This document shows positions 33,723 to 37,111 of a DNA stretch of 37,111 nucleotides, piece by piece. Below the pieces are notes generated by a model. It was not told the DNA's origin. It saw only the letters and a program-made list of their open reading frames with translations, and ran no database searches. Location of the stretch: positions 1-37,111 of the forward strand of contig JALAGF010000869.1 of NCBI GenBank assembly GCA_030167865.1, read 5' to 3'. How positions within the stretch are numbered: the stretch's first letter is position 1; the number at the start of each line of letters is the position of its first letter. The position numbers were made by a program, and so were the translations under genes. The DNA is from Craspedostauros australis (Eukaryota).

Positions 33723-33904
33723 ATCCCACTGGAGTCCGGAATAACGAACGTACTCGTATGTTGCTACTCTGTCATACCTGAACCTCCGATATATCATGCA
33801 TTGTGGGGATTTCAATACTTCCCCCCTCTCGTCGTGTTTGCTTCAGATGGATTTTGCTTGAAGATTCATCGGTCTGATGTTCGGCTTGTTGTCGTCTGTG
33901 GCGA

Positions 33905-36012
33905 TCATTGGATTCGGTTGAGCAACCGATGCGCCGCCTGACGTCCGCTGAATATCGCACCATGGACGCTCCCGATGTACTCGCCATCTGTGGCTTCACC
34001 GGCAAAAAGCAGACGGCCATCGTACTCATCCCGTTGCAACACGTCGACATCCTGATCTTCGGTTCCCAAGCGGAATGAACTGTATGACCCGAGACTGTAC
34101 AGATCCTCTTCCCACCGTGTCACGTGGCAATCGACAAGCTGCTCTGCAACACTGACGCCGTCCACTTCCATCGTATTCTGCAGGAAGGACATCACCGCGT
34201 CGCAGATCATATCATCTGGTTTGTGCGTTGCCCATTCGCCCGCATCGCCGAATAACACTGCTTCGATGCACGGCACACCATGGCGGGCCCAAAGATTGTA
34301 CAAGAGCAAATGTTCGCCGATCGGATTTCCATCAGGCTGCCATGACGTTGATGTTGCGGATGCTGGCTTTGCGTTGTCTGTAGTTGGTGCTGCCGTTACG
34401 CCCACCTTTCCAACCATCTTTCTCTTGCAGCCTTTGCTGTTGATCAAACCAACAAAGAGCTGATGCCTCGGCCACCAAATGGTCTTGAATGTCAGTAGCA
34501 CCTTTTTGTATGCTCCAGAACACAGCGAGAGCATTGCGTGTTGTTTCTCTACAGGCAGCGGTGGATCGAAGAACGCACGAGAAGCATCCGAGCATATCCT
34601 CTGCATGCAACCCAACGGCATCGTCGAAACGCAGTATTTGGCGCGGACTGTCACTCCTTCGCTCGTCGTCAAGCGAAGATGGGAGAAGCGATCCTGGATG
34701 CTGGTGACGGAATGCTTCGTCTTGACCAGTCCGCGCGAAGGAAGCTGACTCAGCAGACCTTTGATGATGGTTATCATCCCACCCTGGACGGAGCAATGTG
34801 GTCCAGGAAAGTCACCTTGCGGCGTGTAGATGCCGTCAACGGTGGACGGATACGAGGACTTGGATGATGCTACTGCTGCTGCTGCTGATGATGACGATGA
34901 TGATGGCAAGGATGAAGCTGATTGATCAACACCAGGAATCTCATTCGTCATGCTGCGGTCACTTACATTTCCTGCGTGTTCTGGATCCCCAGGGATGACA
35001 CAACCATCAAGAAGTTGCAACGACGCCGGGCTCATTCCATTCCAACATCCAATCAAGTACCTGTAGAATGCAGCCAATTCAGCAGATGCTCTCCCATCTA
35101 CTCGGCCCTCACCGTCGCTACCATCGTCGCTACCATCGTCACTACCATCGTCACCATCGCCGTCATCAACGCCAGTGCCAGTTGAGGTGGAGCCGTGATG
35201 ACGCATTTGCTGGACAGCATCTTCAAAGCTTTGGTGCACCAGTTCTTGGCCCTTTCCCTTTTCGTACTGCCGTTGCACGTGCTTGGATAGGTCATTCAAT
35301 ATCGAATGATGCAGCTGGATACTTTTCTCAATGCTTTTGCTGCCTCTGACGGTGCTGCCAGCGGCGGTGGCGGCGGTGGTGTCATTGTCCAACCGAATCC
35401 CGTTCTGAAACACAGCGAGTTGATCTTCTGCTATCAGCGCGGTGTGTGGTCGTGTCCATGGGTTGCACTTCAGCAGCTCGTTCAGGACATGGCGACCACA
35501 TGAAGGTTGGTTCTCGCCGCCCCCTTTGGCCTCATCAATCGCAGACGTGCTACGCGACATGTGCGCAGACCGCACGCCAGATGTTCCAGCATGGGATTGG
35601 CTTCGCCCTCTTCGTTATCGTCGATGCCATGGACCCATGCTGCCCCGTGGTCGATGGTAATATCCACCTCGTCGCAACCACCGCAGCCCTCACCATCGGT
35701 GCCATTCCCGCAGCGAGACTTCGTTTCGATCGTCGTGCGAATACGGCCGCCCACCCTGTCCCGTGCCTCCCAGATGAGCACTTTCAGGCTTGGGCTGTGC
35801 TTCAACAACTCGACTGCGCAGGACAAACCCGCCGCACCTGCCCCAACAATCACACAATCCACCATCTCTGACTCGCTACTTGTCCTCGTACGTTGCCGTA
35901 GATCACATTCTCGATCTGAATCAAATTGTCGATTTTGCTGTGTCTGCTCCTGATCCGGCGTTCGGCGACACACGGGTTGGAGTCCATTCGATGACGGAGG
36001 CTGCGCCATCAT
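33905..36012 (-). CDS. Flavin-containing amine oxidase (polyamine oxidase-like), split by a -1 frame break at ~35480-35580
   Basis: The 5' ORF has VIVGAGAAGLSCA, WEARDRVGGRIRT, DHGAAWVHG and NPM. The 3' ORF has NPW, QGGM, STMPLG, FDPPLP, YKKVLLTF...WW, VTRWEED..SLGSYS and LFAGEAT...GSVHGAIFSGRQAA. No SWIRM domain. Confidence 0.85.
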
Positions 36013-37111
36013 CTCTCGTTGCTGTTACTGATGCTGCCCCCTGTATGTACACCTGTACACGTGACAGGATTGGTCGGTACGTATGATCGTGTTCGTTCTA
36101 CGAACCAAACGATGGAAAGTAGCTCGTATAATGGATCCAACGATTCGCCGCTGCAAGTGACGATTGGATGGCTGGGCCAAGCCAAGCACCTCTCCATCGA
36201 CATGTGCTACACTTTGCGTTGTGCTGTACTGTGTTGCACTCATCCCGCTTCACTCCTCTCCTCTCCATGCGAGGGATCGCACACCCTGCGATGGTCCACC
36301 CTTGCCTTCGTCTCCATGTGCTCCATGCGACATCATCAACCAGTGGCTCTCGACCAACGCAACAACAAACCAAACCAAGAGGAACCAAAGATACCTTCTG
36401 TGCCAAACGTGACCAACGACATCGTGAACGAACATGAAGAGACCAAACAAGACAGTCCCGCAAACACGATTTTGAGTCGTCAAATGCGTCTATACGGCGT
36501 ACGGTATCAATCAGACCTCATCAACGAAGCAAGAATCTACTTCACCCACAACGGGCCACGTTCGGGATGAGTGCATTGCGAAGAAGCCATCCCGTTTATC
36601 CGCTTCTGGATCCTATCAGTGGGGGCAAGTAGCTAGGCCAGGCATACTATAGCACAAAGACCTTGCGTTGCTATTGGACGCACGGTGACTGTTCTACTCT
36701 GGTTGTGCGAGTACATGTTTCTGGGTACTCGTGCTCTGGCCACCTTTCAACTACTCATCCATCGTTTCTTCTCACTCGTCCGCTCCCGATGATTTCGCAG
36801 CTTTCGCGAACTACGCAGGTACAACAATGACGCATGGTTACATCTGAGAACTTGTGGGATACATCTTGGATGAAAGCCGGGGAGTTGCATTGGGTCCCGG
36901 ACTCGACCAGTTATCAGGTCGATACCGCAGTCGCCGAGGGGACGTCTCCGTGCTACGCGAGTGCGCTTTGGTGTATTGCTGCCCATTGCGTTGTCCGCAT
37001 ATTGGTACGAACTAAGGAGGCGAGTTCTGTGACGGCGCCGGTTTGGAAAGGTTTGATTCGGATTTGAGCAATGCTGATGAAACCGCCGCAGTCGACGTTG
37101 TTGCGACGGAA

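Noticed and set aside
35482..35487. The 5' oxidase ORF ends in TCC TGA, the antizyme +1 frameshift site
   Set aside because: The +1 frame closes after about 30 codons; the catalytic half lies in the -1 frame
36019..37067. ORFs 36019-36570 and 36834-37067 divergent from the oxidase
   Set aside because: No motifs or consistent splice structure; a real gene cannot be excluded without transcripts

Overview
Eukaryotic nuclear DNA, very likely from a diatom. The evidence is GT-AG introns, ASAFAP-like bipartite plastid presequences, microsatellite-rich intergenic DNA and dense gene packing. About 14 protein genes are supported, in order: a small spliced plastid-type protein, a CXIP4-like R/S/D/K-rich protein, Hsp33, a Tat-type thylakoid lumen protein, a PrmA-like methyltransferase, CCR4-NOT scaffold NOT1, a PCGF/BMI1-like RING-RAWUL protein, a DUF3228 protein, short-chain acyl-CoA dehydrogenase, a MATE-RING-RING-MATE paralog block and a flavin amine oxidase split by a -1 frame break. 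No prokaryote-type system, CRISPR array, tRNA or rRNA was seen. The most notable observations are the amine oxidase frame break, the MATE paralogs differing in intron content and targeting signal, a frameshifted C-terminal remnant of the first RING paralog, a long fold-back in a putative NOT1 intron, and a repeat/palindrome cassette at the MATE-RING junction. All family assignments come from recalled motifs; no searches were run.
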